This document shows, in pieces, positions 19,544-29,590 of a stretch of 64,000 nucleotides of DNA (positions within the stretch are counted from its first letter, which is position 1; each line of letters opens with the position of its first letter). Below the pieces are notes generated by a model. It worked only from the letters and a program-made list of their open reading frames with translations, was not told the origin of the DNA and did not search any database. The stretch is from a candidate division WOR-3 bacterium. Lineage in GTDB: Bacteria > Hydrothermota > Tepidihabitantia > Tepidihabitantales > Tepidihabitantaceae. Made by a program: the position numbers and the translations under genes. The stretch is from assembly GCA_037441285.1 (NCBI GenBank), contig JBBISL010000002.1, forward strand, positions 1 through 64,000, given 5' to 3'.

Positions 19544-20893
19544 ATGAAAAAACTGTCGCCGGAAGAAATTGAAAGCCTGGTTGCAAAAGCCAAAAAGCCG
19601 GCGGAAGACGCGATGAAGTTACACCCTTTTTATAAAGGGAAAATCCAGGTTGTTGCGAAATGTTGTGTCCGTGACTTCAACGACTTTGCCATCTGGTATA
19701 CTCCGGGCGTCGCCGCACCCTGTAAAGCCATCCAGAAAGATGTCAACCTATCATTTGTTCACACCAACCGGGCAAATACTATCTGCGTCCTGACCGACGG
19801 CACAAGGGTCCTTGGTCTCGGTGATATTGGACCCGAAGCATCAATGCCGGTAATGGAAGGCAAGGCGCTCCTCTTTAAATACCTCGGCGGGGTTGATGCC
19901 GTCCCGATTGCGCTCCGCACCAAAGACCCGGACGAATTCATCCGTACCGCAAAACTGCTTGAACCCTCTTTCGGTGGATTCAACCTTGAAGACATCGCTC
20001 AGCCCAAATGTTTTCGAATTCTCGACACACTGCGTGCCGAGTTAAATGTCCCGGTCTGGCATGATGACCAGCAGGGCACCGCCGCGGTTACTTATGCCGG
20101 TCTGGTCAACGCCTTGAAAATCGTCGGTAAAGACATCAAAAAGGTAAAGGTCGCAATGCTGGGCGCCGGCGCTTCAAACATCGCCATCGCCCGGGTTATC
20201 ATCAAAGGCGGTGTCACACCGGGTAACATTATAATGTGTGACTCAAAAGGCACCCTGCACAAAGGCAGAACGGAACTTCAGGAAGAGTTCAAAGAAAAAT
20301 GGCATATGTGTCAGATTTCCAATCATGAAAATGTGCGGGGGACAATTGCCGATGCGATGAAAGGCGCCGATGTTTTAATTTCCCTCTCAACACCTGGACC
20401 TGGTGTTGTCAAGCCGGAGTGGATAAAAACGATGGCTAAAGACCCAATCGTATTCGCTTGTGCCAACCCAATTCCTGAAATCTGGCCCTGGGAGGCGATT
20501 GAAGCGGGCGCCCGGGTTGTTGCCACCGGCCGCAGCGACTTCCCTAATCAGGTGAACAATTCGCTTGGTTTTCCCGGTATCTTCCGGGGCGCCCTTGATG
20601 TAAACGCCCGAACCATCACCGATGAGATGTGTATCGCTGCGGCACTGGAACTTGCCCGGGTCGCTGAAGACCGGGGTTTACGCGAAGATTACCTGATTCC
20701 GACAATGGACGACTGGGAGGTATTTCCTCGAGAAGCCGCCGCAGTAGGAATGAAGGCAGTCGAACAGGGTGTTGCCCGGATTACAATGACGCGCGAACAG
20801 TTGTTGAAGACCGCAACCGAAAAAATCAAACAGGCACGCGAGATGACCCAATGGATGATGAAAGAAGGGTTTATCCTGCCGGCACCGGCTTAA
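19544..20893 (+). CDS. NAD(P)-dependent malic enzyme
   Basis: YTPGVA, TDGTRVLGLGDIG, PVMEGKA, NLEDI, HDDQQGT, GAGAS, ANPIPEI, TGRSDFPNQVNN. Confidence 0.95.
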   Translation: MKKLSPEEIESLVAKAKKPAEDAMKLHPFYKGKIQVVAKCCVRDFNDFAIWYTPGVAAPCKAIQKDVNLSFVHTNRANTICVLTDGTRVLGLGDIGPEASMPVMEGKALLFKYLGGVDAVPIALRTKDPDEFIRTAKLLEPSFGGFNLEDIAQPKCFRILDTLRAELNVPVWHDDQQGTAAVTYAGLVNALKIVGKDIKKVKVAMLGAGASNIAIARVIIKGGVTPGNIIMCDSKGTLHKGRTELQEEFKEKWHMCQISNHENVRGTIADAMKGADVLISLSTPGPGVVKPEWIKTMAKDPIVFACANPIPEIWPWEAIEAGARVVATGRSDFPNQVNNSLGFPGIFRGALDVNARTITDEMCIAAALELARVAEDRGLREDYLIPTMDDWEVFPREAAAVGMKAVEQGVARITMTREQLLKTATEKIKQAREMTQWMMKEGFILPAPA

Positions 20894-20912
20894 ATATCAA
20901 CTGTCTGGGTTT

Positions 20913-22373
20913 CTAATCTAAATGCTCTTCTGGAGGCACCTCGTAGTTAGGTGCCTCTTTTATTATTGTGACACTGTGCGGATGGCTCTCGCGCAATCCC
21001 GCATTGGTGATGCGCACAAACTTTGCCCGATTCTGAAACTCAGTGATGGTGCGGGCACCACAGAACCCCATAGAGGCGCGGACTCCACCCTCAAGCTGAA
21101 AAAGGACATCGCGCACGCTGCCCCGATAAGGCACTCTACCTACAATCCCCTGCGGCACAAGCTCAACCCCGCTCTCCTGAAAATAACGGTCTGCCGAACC
21201 CCGCCGCATCGCATCAATCGAACCCATCCCCCGATAAACCTTGTACCTTCGACCTTCGAGTAAAACATCTTCACCTGGGCTTTCATCGGTCCCGGCAAGC
21301 AAATTGCCCATCATCACCGAAGAAGCACCCGCCGCCAGCGCCTTGGCAACATCGCCCGAAAATCTGATGCCACCATCGGCAATCAGGGGTATCCGATAAC
21401 GCCGCAACGCCTGGGCACACTCCATAATCGCGGAAAGTTGTGGAACACCAACGCCGGCAACAACCCGAGTTGTACAGATTGAACCAGGACCGATTCCCAC
21501 CTTAACCGCTGAAACCCCGCATTTCGCTAAAGCGATTGCCCCTTCCGCGGTTGCAACATTACCGGCAACTATTTCCAGTTGAGAGAAAAGCCGGCGTAAT
21601 TTCTTTGCCGTTTCCAGTACCCGCGATTGATGGCCATGGGCGGTATCAATCACAATCGCATCAACCTCAGCCGCAACCAGTGCCCGAGCTCGTTCCAGCG
21701 CCTCTTTACCCGTACCCACCGCCGCGGCACAGCGCAAGCGGTGTTTGTTATCGACCGTCGCATTGGGATGCTCAACTCTTTTCAGGATGTCTTTGGCGGT
21801 AATCAAGCCTTTCAACCTTCCTTGCCGGTCAACAATGGGCAACTTCTCCAGACGGTTTTTCTTTAGAATCTCCTTTGCCCGCTTAAACCCGGTCCCCTCC
21901 GGTGCGGTCACCAGCCGTTCACTGGTCATCACTTCTCGGACTGGTTTTGCACCGTCATCTTCAAAAAGTAAATCCCGACGGGTGACGATTCCTATCAAAC
22001 GACCTTCTTCATCAACCACCGGTAAACCGGAGATATTATAGCGAGCAAACAACTCCCGCACCTCGGCAACAGTTCGCTCCGGTGTTATCGAAAATGGATT
22101 GGCAATCATCGAACTCTCTGCCCTTTTGACCTTCGCCACTTCCGCCGCCTGCTGTTCAATCGTCATATTCTTGTGAATTACCCCGATACCACCAGCCCGT
22201 GCCATCGCAATCGCCATCTTCGCTTCAGTAACCGTATCCATTGCCGCACTTACCAGCGGGAGATGCAAAGTTATACCCCTGCTGAAGCGGGAACTGATAT
22301 CAACCTCTGCCGGCAGCACAAAGGACCGCTGCGGCACAAGGAGAACATCATCAAAAGTTAAAGCCTCTTTCAT
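20913..22373 (-). CDS. guaB: IMP dehydrogenase with CBS pair
   Basis: [44 protein letters not shown]. Confidence 0.97.
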   Translation of the reverse strand: MKEALTFDDVLLVPQRSFVLPAEVDISSRFSRGITLHLPLVSAAMDTVTEAKMAIAMARAGGIGVIHKNMTIEQQAAEVAKVKRAESSMIANPFSITPERTVAEVRELFARYNISGLPVVDEEGRLIGIVTRRDLLFEDDGAKPVREVMTSERLVTAPEGTGFKRAKEILKKNRLEKLPIVDRQGRLKGLITAKDILKRVEHPNATVDNKHRLRCAAAVGTGKEALERARALVAAEVDAIVIDTAHGHQSRVLETAKKLRRLFSQLEIVAGNVATAEGAIALAKCGVSAVKVGIGPGSICTTRVVAGVGVPQLSAIMECAQALRRYRIPLIADGGIRFSGDVAKALAAGASSVMMGNLLAGTDESPGEDVLLEGRRYKVYRGMGSIDAMRRGSADRYFQESGVELVPQGIVGRVPYRGSVRDVLFQLEGGVRASMGFCGARTITEFQNRAKFVRITNAGLRESHPHSVTIIKEAPNYEVPPEEHLD

Positions 22374-22382
22374 TTATTTCGA

Positions 22383-23084
22383 TTACAACCGGTTTTTCAA
22401 AGCCCGAATAAAAGCAAGCTCGCTTCTTATCTCTTCAACCTTCGGATTGGTCCCTTTCTCTTTTTTCAGTAGGTCGTTATACGCCTTTTCCGCTTTATCC
22501 AACGCCCCTGCTTGCCGGTAGCATCGACCAGCCTGCATCATCCCCTCAAACCCAAGCGACGATTGAGCAAACCCCCGGTAAACTTTTTCATAGAGCACCG
22601 CCGCTTTAAGATAGTTACCCTGCTTCTCTTCGCACACGGCTAAACCCATTAACGCTGCTGGAGTTAAAACCGGGTCCCGTCCTGACTTCTTCAGAAAGAT
22701 GCGAAACTCGCGTCTCGCTTCATCAAGGCGCGGAGGCTGCTGGCGGAGATAAAGACTCCCCAGATAGTAATGAGCCTTTATCCCGGCGTAATCACGGCCA
22801 AATTTAGCCGCTAACTCTTTCAGTGCCTGCTCGGCGTACTCGTTGTTACCCTGAAAGTAGTTACCCAGCGCATCCATCAACCGCAGTTCGGCTTCGGCGT
22901 TGATCCCGGGTTTCGGTCGGTTCTGAATTAGCAAAATCACCCCGATAATCACCAATAACCCAACGGCAACACCAATCCAAAACCGCTTGGGGTCGGCGTA
23001 ATAGAACTCTGCTACTTTTTCAACCGTCTGCTGGAACTTGTCTTCTTTAAGTTCCTCTTTACCCACGCGGTGTTTTACTCTCAC
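22383..23084 (-). CDS. Membrane-anchored TPR protein (YfgM-like)
   Basis: KEELKEDKF N-terminus, single TM helix, TPR repeats; SD AAGGAG. Confidence 0.75.
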   Translation of the reverse strand: MRVKHRVGKEELKEDKFQQTVEKVAEFYYADPKRFWIGVAVGLLVIIGVILLIQNRPKPGINAEAELRLMDALGNYFQGNNEYAEQALKELAAKFGRDYAGIKAHYYLGSLYLRQQPPRLDEARREFRIFLKKSGRDPVLTPAALMGLAVCEEKQGNYLKAAVLYEKVYRGFAQSSLGFEGMMQAGRCYRQAGALDKAEKAYNDLLKKEKGTNPKVEEIRSELAFIRALKNRL

Positions 23085-23101
23085 TCTTGGTTTCTCCTTT
23101 C

Positions 23102-23175
23102 TACCCCTGGCCCGATTCGAACGGGCGACCTGCGGTTTAGGAAACCGCCGCTCTATCCTCCTGAGCTACAGGGGT
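23102..23175 (-). tRNA. tRNA-Arg(CCU), CCA not encoded
   Basis: ACCCCTG-TA-GCTC-AGGAGGATA-GAGC-G-GCGGT-TTCCTAA-ACCGC-AGGTC-GCCCG-TTCGAAT-CGGGC-CAGGGGT-A; full cloverleaf with the A20 Arg identity base. Confidence 0.96.
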
Positions 23176-23185
23176 CAATAAACTC

Positions 23186-23262
23186 ATTATAAATCGCATT
23201 TACCAAGTGTCAAGGAAACAGATTTGCTTAAACTTGACTTAATAAGAAGTTTAGATTAACTT
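23186..23262. promoter_or_regulatory. Divergent promoters for tRNA-Arg and mreB
   Basis: - strand TTGACA(23213-23208)-16-TATAAT(23191-23186). + strand TTGACT(23234-23239)-17-TAACTT(23257-23262)-6 nt-ATG of mreB. Confidence 0.7.
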
Positions 23263-23268
23263 TGTGTA

Positions 23269-24312
23269 ATGGGTATTACCGCATTTTTCCAGAGCATTAC
23301 CGAGCGCTTCACCAACGACATCGCGATTGACCTCGGCACCTCCTCGACGCTAATCTATGTTCGAGGCAAGGGAATTGAACTACGCGAGCCATCAATTGTC
23401 GCGGTTGATGAGATAACCCACGAAGTCGTTGCCGTAGGAAGCGAAGCCAAAAGGATGCTGGGTCGAACGCCCGAAGGGATTCGTGCCGTCCGTCCCATGA
23501 AGGACGGCGTAATTGCCGATTTCGGAATGGTGGAAATAATGTTAAAAACCTTCATCGGCATGGTCCAGCGCAAAAAACTGTTTGTCCGACCCCGCGTGAT
23601 AGTTTGTGTCCCATCGGGAATCACCGAAGTTGAGAAAAGGGCAGTCCGTGATTCAGTTGAAGCATCGGGCGCCCGCGAGATTTATCTGGTATCAGAACCA
23701 ATTGCGGCCGCGATTGGTGTCGGACTGCCCGTTGATGCACCCACCGGCAATATGGTCATCGACATCGGCGGTGGCACAACCGAAATCGCCGTCGTTGCCC
23801 TCTCGGGAATCGTAAACGCCGCTTCGATCCGCGTTGCCGGCGACGAAATGGACGAGGCAATCATCAACTATATCAAAAAGAATTACAACCTGATTATCGG
23901 CGAACAAACTGCGGAAAACATCAAAATCGCCATCGGTTCGGCATACGCTACTGGCACCGAAGAAACGATGGAAGTAAAAGGCCGCGACCTTGTCTCCGGC
24001 ATCCCGAAAACAATTCGCATCACTTCGACCAAAGTTCGGGAGTCGCTTGAAGAGCCGGTTTCGTTGATTGTTGATGCGGTTCGATTGGCGCTGGAAAAAA
24101 CCCCACCCGAACTGGCAGCCGATATCGTTGACCGGGGCATTTATATGTGTGGCGGCGGTGCCCTTTTGCGCGGGCTTGATTTATTAGTTAAGGAGGAAAC
24201 CAACCTACCGGTATATGTGGCGGAAAACCCTATCGAGAGCGTTGTTCGGGGCGCGGGCCGAATCCTCGAAAATATCGGCGTCAACGAAAAACTAATTCTC
24301 CGCACCAAGTAG
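23269..24312 (+). CDS. mreB: Rod shape-determining protein MreB
   Basis: IDLGTSS, EPSIVA, RPMKDGVIADF, DIGGGTTE, GGGALL. Confidence 0.97.
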   Translation: MGITAFFQSITERFTNDIAIDLGTSSTLIYVRGKGIELREPSIVAVDEITHEVVAVGSEAKRMLGRTPEGIRAVRPMKDGVIADFGMVEIMLKTFIGMVQRKKLFVRPRVIVCVPSGITEVEKRAVRDSVEASGAREIYLVSEPIAAAIGVGLPVDAPTGNMVIDIGGGTTEIAVVALSGIVNAASIRVAGDEMDEAIINYIKKNYNLIIGEQTAENIKIAIGSAYATGTEETMEVKGRDLVSGIPKTIRITSTKVRESLEEPVSLIVDAVRLALEKTPPELAADIVDRGIYMCGGGALLRGLDLLVKEETNLPVYVAENPIESVVRGAGRILENIGVNEKLILRTK

Positions 24313-24343
24313 CCCACGGTGCTTTTCCACCCTGTTACCTGAA

Positions 24344-25171
24344 ATGTCACCTGCAAAAAAAGTTGGCTCCTGGCAGGACCGTATTTCCTGGGGAATATTA
24401 CTTATTTCCTTGGTAGTCTATCTACTACCTCCCAACACCAAAATAAAAATTGCACCACCGTTCGCCACCGTGCTGCTCTCGCCCCTGCATGGTATCACCG
24501 CTCTCCGTACAACAATTGCCACAATCACCGATGACAACAATCGCTTGGCACGCCTTGCCGCTGAACTTGCCCTCGAAAATGCCCGCTTAAAACATCTTCT
24601 AAGCATTCCAGAAAGCTCAATGGCGCTTTCTGCCAGCTCACTGCAGTTGATACGGGCACGGGTAATTGCCCGTGACCTCACCACTCTAAAAAGATACCTG
24701 ACTATTTCCCAGGGCATCAACGGTGGAGTCCGAATCGGTTCTCCGGTCATTGTCCCGGAAGGTATCGTCGGTCGTGTCATCGCTATTACCCCCCACCAGG
24801 CTTTAGTCCAGACAATTTTTGAACCCGACTTTCGGGTAGCGGTAATGAACGCCCGCACTCACGAAATTGCCCTCGCCCGTCCTGAACTTGAAGAAAAACT
24901 GGTCCTGGATTATGTCAATAAAGATGCCGATTTCCAGATTGGTGATACCATTGTTACATCAGGGCTCGGTGGCGTCTTCCCTAAAGGACTACGCCTCGGA
25001 TTAGTTGCGGAAACTCCGGAACAGCCTGATGCCCTGTTTAAACCGGTAAGTGTCAAACCCTTCATCAATATCAGTCGGGTCGAACAGGTATTTGTCGTCA
25101 TCACACCCGTTGCCCCGTACGATAACTGGCTTGACAACCTTCAGCCATCGGAAATAAAAATCCCGGAGTAA
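24344..25171 (+). CDS. mreC: Rod shape-determining protein MreC
   Basis: Coiled coil ending LENARLKHLL, ARVIAR, GIVGRV, VTSGLGGVFPKGL. Confidence 0.92.
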   Translation: MSPAKKVGSWQDRISWGILLISLVVYLLPPNTKIKIAPPFATVLLSPLHGITALRTTIATITDDNNRLARLAAELALENARLKHLLSIPESSMALSASSLQLIRARVIARDLTTLKRYLTISQGINGGVRIGSPVIVPEGIVGRVIAITPHQALVQTIFEPDFRVAVMNARTHEIALARPELEEKLVLDYVNKDADFQIGDTIVTSGLGGVFPKGLRLGLVAETPEQPDALFKPVSVKPFINISRVEQVFVVITPVAPYDNWLDNLQPSEIKIPE

Positions 25172-25174
25172 ATC

Positions 25175-25618
25175 ATGCGCCCGTTTTTTGCATTTGTTTT
25201 CCTTTACCTCCTGTTTATACTCCAGAGCACACTGTTCTCAATTGGACCCCAGGTTGTTCTCCTCGCCCTGATTGTATTTGCCCTTTACGAAAACCGCCTC
25301 ACCGCTACCCTCCTTGGCATCTGGGCTGGTTTCTGTCTCGACCTTGTCAGCCCAACCACTCTCGGTGTTCAAATGTTAGCATTAGGCGGCGTTGGTTACG
25401 GCGTTGCTGTGGTTCGCAATCTATTTTATCGCAACCGCTGGCATAACCTCCTTTTCACCTTGATCGGACTAATTTTGCAATACGGTTTATACCACCTTGC
25501 GGATAAAAACCCGATTACCATTGGCTCGCTCCTGATCACTACAACCCTGACGCTCGCCTTGACCCCCCTTGCCGAACCAGCAATCGTTGCCCTCTTCTAC
25601 CGACATTCGAAGAAATGA
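25175..25618 (+). CDS. mreD: Rod shape-determining protein MreD
   Basis: Small multi-TM protein with GFCLD..S...LG; lies between mreC and mrdA. Confidence 0.85.
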   Translation: MRPFFAFVFLYLLFILQSTLFSIGPQVVLLALIVFALYENRLTATLLGIWAGFCLDLVSPTTLGVQMLALGGVGYGVAVVRNLFYRNRWHNLLFTLIGLILQYGLYHLADKNPITIGSLLITTTLTLALTPLAEPAIVALFYRHSKK

Positions 25619-27339
25619 AAAACCGCTTGAAAAGATTAACCCATATCATCATCATCCTGTTTGGCATCCTAAGTCTGCGTCTTTCTTATCTCCAGTTGAT
25701 GCGTGGTGCTCGGTATGCCCGGTTGAGCGACCGCAACCGGATTCGTAAAATTGTCTTGCCGGCGCCACGAGGTCGTATCTATGACCGTAATGGCATTCTC
25801 CTTGCCGATACCCGCCCTTCATTCAGCATTACCGTAATCCCCACCGAAACAAACGACAGTGCCCTGACATTACTTGCCAACATCATTAATCTACCCCTTG
25901 CTGAGCTCAAACGGCGACTGGAACCAATTGTCGCCTTCCCTTCACCGGTTACAATCTACCGCAATGCCGATCCGGCCATCGTTGCCCGAATCCAGGAAAA
26001 CAACTTTCGCCTCTCTGGGGTACTAATCCGAATTGACCCGGTTCGAAATTACCCCTACCGTGACCTTTACGCCCATGTCATCGGTCATCTCGGAGAGGTC
26101 ACCGAAGAGGAGCTCGTTAAAGATTCTACTCACCGTCGCCTGGATTATATCGGCCGGACCGGTGTCGAAGCCAGCTATGAAAAGGTCCTGCGCGGCAAAG
26201 ATGGCTATGAATTTGTTGAAGTCGATGCCCGGGGCCGAGAAATCGGTCCTTTACCTGAAAAAAGACCCGAACCTCCTGTTCCCGGAAAGGATGTTTATCT
26301 CACTATTGACCACCGCCTCCAGCAACTCGCCAACGAACTTACTAAAAACTATGACCGGGCGGCAGTCATCGGCATATCGGTCAAAAATGGTGAAATCATC
26401 TGCCTTTTGTCTCGGCCCCAATTCGACCCGAACATTTTCTTGTCTACCATCGACCCGACAGTCTGGAAAAGTCTCGTCAACAATCCTTCCAAACCATTTT
26501 ACAATCGGGCAATTTCTTCAGGTTATCCTCCGGGGAGCACATTTAAACCGCTCGTGGCGCTCGCCGCCCTCAAAGACCAGGTCGTCACGCCCACGACCAC
26601 CCTCTTACCCTGCACCGGGTCATTTCGTTACGGCAACCGTACATTCCGATGCTGGTCCGCCCATGGTAAACTCAACTTACTTGGTGCCATCGAACAATCT
26701 TGCAATGTCTACTTTTACCAGATTGGACTGCGCCTCAACCTTGACAGCCTCGTAGAATTCTGCCGCCGCCTGAACCTCGGCAAGCCAACCGGTATCGATA
26801 TTCCGGGTGAAAGTCCGGGTAATATTCCTTCCCGGGAGTATCTCGACCGCCGTTACGGAAAAGGTAAATGGACCAGAGGTACAATGCTCAATTTCGCCAT
26901 TGGCCAGGGTGAGATTATGCTAACGCCCCTGCAACTGGCAACCCTCTACGCCTGTATCGCTAACGAAGGATATTACTACAAGCCATTCCTTGTCTCCCGA
27001 ATTGATTCGGCGGGAACTTGGTTAAAAACAACCCGACCCTATCGCATCGATGTGCCAATCAACAAACCGGACCTTGGACAAGTTAAAAAAGCGCTCACCC
27101 GGGTTGTCGAATTCGGCACCGGTCGTGCTGCCCAACACAACGAAATCACCATCGCCGGCAAAACCGGTACCGCCCAAAACCCACCCCGTCCGGACCACGC
27201 CTGGTTTGTGGGTTATGCGCCGGCTGAAGCACCCGAAGTTGTTTTTGCGGTTTTAGTAGAAAATGCGGGCCACGGGGGTACCGTTGCGGCACCGATTGTT
27301 GGCGAGTTAATCAGGGCATATTTCTCTTATGAACGCTAA
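25615..27339 (+). CDS. mrdA: Penicillin-binding protein 2
   Basis: APRGRIYDRNG, STFK, SCN, KTGT. Confidence 0.95.
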   Translation: MKNRLKRLTHIIIILFGILSLRLSYLQLMRGARYARLSDRNRIRKIVLPAPRGRIYDRNGILLADTRPSFSITVIPTETNDSALTLLANIINLPLAELKRRLEPIVAFPSPVTIYRNADPAIVARIQENNFRLSGVLIRIDPVRNYPYRDLYAHVIGHLGEVTEEELVKDSTHRRLDYIGRTGVEASYEKVLRGKDGYEFVEVDARGREIGPLPEKRPEPPVPGKDVYLTIDHRLQQLANELTKNYDRAAVIGISVKNGEIICLLSRPQFDPNIFLSTIDPTVWKSLVNNPSKPFYNRAISSGYPPGSTFKPLVALAALKDQVVTPTTTLLPCTGSFRYGNRTFRCWSAHGKLNLLGAIEQSCNVYFYQIGLRLNLDSLVEFCRRLNLGKPTGIDIPGESPGNIPSREYLDRRYGKGKWTRGTMLNFAIGQGEIMLTPLQLATLYACIANEGYYYKPFLVSRIDSAGTWLKTTRPYRIDVPINKPDLGQVKKALTRVVEFGTGRAAQHNEITIAGKTGTAQNPPRPDHAWFVGYAPAEAPEVVFAVLVENAGHGGTVAAPIVGELIRAYFSYER

Positions 27340-28516
27340 CCGAAGGCAATTCGACATCCTGCTCTTCGCTCTTACTTTAGTTCTAATCACAATGGGTCTT
27401 CTTGCCATCTATTCTACCGGCGGAATTCGTTACCTTTTTCGCCAGGCAATATTTGTTCCAATTGGACTTGCTGGTCTTTTTATACTCTTCTTAATCCCCC
27501 GCCGCATCATTTACGGTTTAACTGAACCTCTTTATGTCTTAACATTACTGCTTTTGCTTGCTGTTCTATTCTTCGGTACCGGTCCCGGTGCCCGGCGCTG
27601 GTTCCAAATCGGCTCAATTTCTTTGCAGCCCTCAGAGTTTGCTAAAATTACCGTCACGCTAATGCTCGCCAAATACTTAAGTTATAAACGAGAAATTAAA
27701 CCCAACTTTGCCAGCCTTGCCGGACCGATATTGATAATGGTAATTCCGCTTTTGCTCATCCTCGTTGAGCCCGACCTGAGCACCGCCCTATGCCTGATAC
27801 CACCTTTTGCCGCTATGCTCTACTGGCAGGGTCTAAGACCCCTGCATATATTATTACTCTTTATGCCCTTCCTTTCTTTTGCCGCCGGGTTCTCTCTTTA
27901 TCTATGGGTTCCCTTTTTTATTCTCCTCGCTATTATTGTGTTCGTTCGAATGCGCTTCTTCCGGGCAATCGCGGCTCTTGCCACCAGCACGGTGTTCGGT
28001 CTTCTCTCACCGGTTGTTCTCTCAATGCTCAAAGATTACCAGCGAACCCGTATTATCAGTTTCTTCGCACCCTGGTTTGACCCCCATGGAATGGGATGGA
28101 ACGCAATCCAGTCTCAAATTGCCATTGGCTCGGGCAGACTGTTTGGCAAAGGATTCCTGCACGGAACCCAAAAACGCCTTGGCTTTCTCCCTAATCGCCA
28201 CACCGATTTTATCTTCTCCGCCATTGCCGAAGAAACCGGTTTCATCGGCTCTTTACTGCTCCTTATTGTTATCGGGATTTTAATCCGGCGCATCTTGCTT
28301 ATCGCCTACAACAGCCGGGACCAGAACGCCAGCCTTATAGCCATCGGTTTCGCATCAATTCTTGTGTACCAGACTTTTGTCAACATCGGTATGTTACTCG
28401 GACTTTTACCCATCACCGGTATTACCCTGCCCTTCATCAGTTACGGTGGTTCTTCGCTCTTAACCTGCTGTCTAATGATTGGTATCATTCTCAACATCTC
28501 TGCCCGACCCGAGTAG
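27329..28516 (+). CDS. rodA: Rod shape-determining protein RodA (SEDS)
   Basis: QPSEFAK, QSQIAIGSG, HTDFIF, LPFISYGGSS. Confidence 0.95.
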   Translation: MNANRRQFDILLFALTLVLITMGLLAIYSTGGIRYLFRQAIFVPIGLAGLFILFLIPRRIIYGLTEPLYVLTLLLLLAVLFFGTGPGARRWFQIGSISLQPSEFAKITVTLMLAKYLSYKREIKPNFASLAGPILIMVIPLLLILVEPDLSTALCLIPPFAAMLYWQGLRPLHILLLFMPFLSFAAGFSLYLWVPFFILLAIIVFVRMRFFRAIAALATSTVFGLLSPVVLSMLKDYQRTRIISFFAPWFDPHGMGWNAIQSQIAIGSGRLFGKGFLHGTQKRLGFLPNRHTDFIFSAIAEETGFIGSLLLLIVIGILIRRILLIAYNSRDQNASLIAIGFASILVYQTFVNIGMLLGLLPITGITLPFISYGGSSLLTCCLMIGIILNISARPE

Positions 28517-28518
28517 CA

Positions 28519-29556
28519 ATGACCGATATCAAGTCATTAACCTTCGAACAACTTATCCAATATGGGGAACAGCAGGGATGGGAAAAATACCGTGCCCGCC
28601 AACTTTTCCTCTGGCTATACCAGAAACACGCCACCAGTTTTGATGAGATGACCAACCTGAGCAAACAGTTCCGTCAGGAACTCAGTCAGCAGTTTTACAT
28701 CAGCCATCTGACACCAGTCCGCACCCTTTCCAGCCCTGATTCAACCGTCAAACTTACCCTTGCCCTTTCGGACAACAACATCATTGAATCTGTCTTGCTT
28801 TTCGACCAGAACCGTCGCACCGCGTGTGTTTCAACTCAGGTTGGTTGTCCCTTAAACTGTCGAATTTGTGCAACCCCCCGGCTCGGTTTCAAACGAAACC
28901 TTAAATGGTTTGAAATCGTCGAACAGATTCAGGCACTAATCCGGCAAACCGGAACAACACCCACGAATATTGTATTTATGGGAATGGGAGAGCCCCTGCT
29001 CAACTTAGATGAGGTGTTAGAAGCGGTTAAAACCATAAACTCAGATTACGGTTTAAGAATCGGCGCCCGTCGCATCACCATCTCTACCGCGGGCATTCCC
29101 GAAGGCATTAACCGTCTTGCCTCATTTCCCCTTCAGGTTCGACTCGCGGTTTCCCTCAACGCTACCGATGACAAAACCCGTTCAATGCTGATGCCCATCA
29201 ACAAACTTTATCCACTTAAAATACTGCTCGAAGCGATTCGTCAATACTACGCCTGTACTCACCGCCGTATTACCTTCGAGTATGTACTGCTCGACGGGAT
29301 TAATAACCGTCCCGAAGATGTTCAGCGGCTTGCTCATTTACTCAAAGGCATACCCTGTAAAATCAACCTGATTCCCTATAACCCATTCCCCGGTGCGCCC
29401 TTCAAACCGCCGTCTCCGGCTGCGGTCAAACGGTTTGCCCTCGCCCTTTATCCTCATCTCCCTGCGGTTACCATCCGCAAAAGTAAAGGGGGAAAAATTT
29501 TAGCCGGGTGCGGTCAACTGGCAGGACAGATTAATATCACCTCATCCATCCAATAA
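28519..29556 (+). CDS. rlmN: 23S rRNA/tRNA adenine C2 methyltransferase RlmN
   Basis: CVSTQVGCPLNCRIC, MGMGEP, AGCGQL. Confidence 0.95.
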   Translation: MTDIKSLTFEQLIQYGEQQGWEKYRARQLFLWLYQKHATSFDEMTNLSKQFRQELSQQFYISHLTPVRTLSSPDSTVKLTLALSDNNIIESVLLFDQNRRTACVSTQVGCPLNCRICATPRLGFKRNLKWFEIVEQIQALIRQTGTTPTNIVFMGMGEPLLNLDEVLEAVKTINSDYGLRIGARRITISTAGIPEGINRLASFPLQVRLAVSLNATDDKTRSMLMPINKLYPLKILLEAIRQYYACTHRRITFEYVLLDGINNRPEDVQRLAHLLKGIPCKINLIPYNPFPGAPFKPPSPAAVKRFALALYPHLPAVTIRKSKGGKILAGCGQLAGQINITSSIQ

Positions 29557-29590
29557 CTACCCTGCTTACTAAATTTAAGTAACCAACCTT

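Noticed and set aside
26033..26755. 240-aa alternative-frame ORF inside mrdA
   Set aside because: Fully nested in a conserved gene, Ser/Pro/Thr-rich off-frame composition, no motif or SD.
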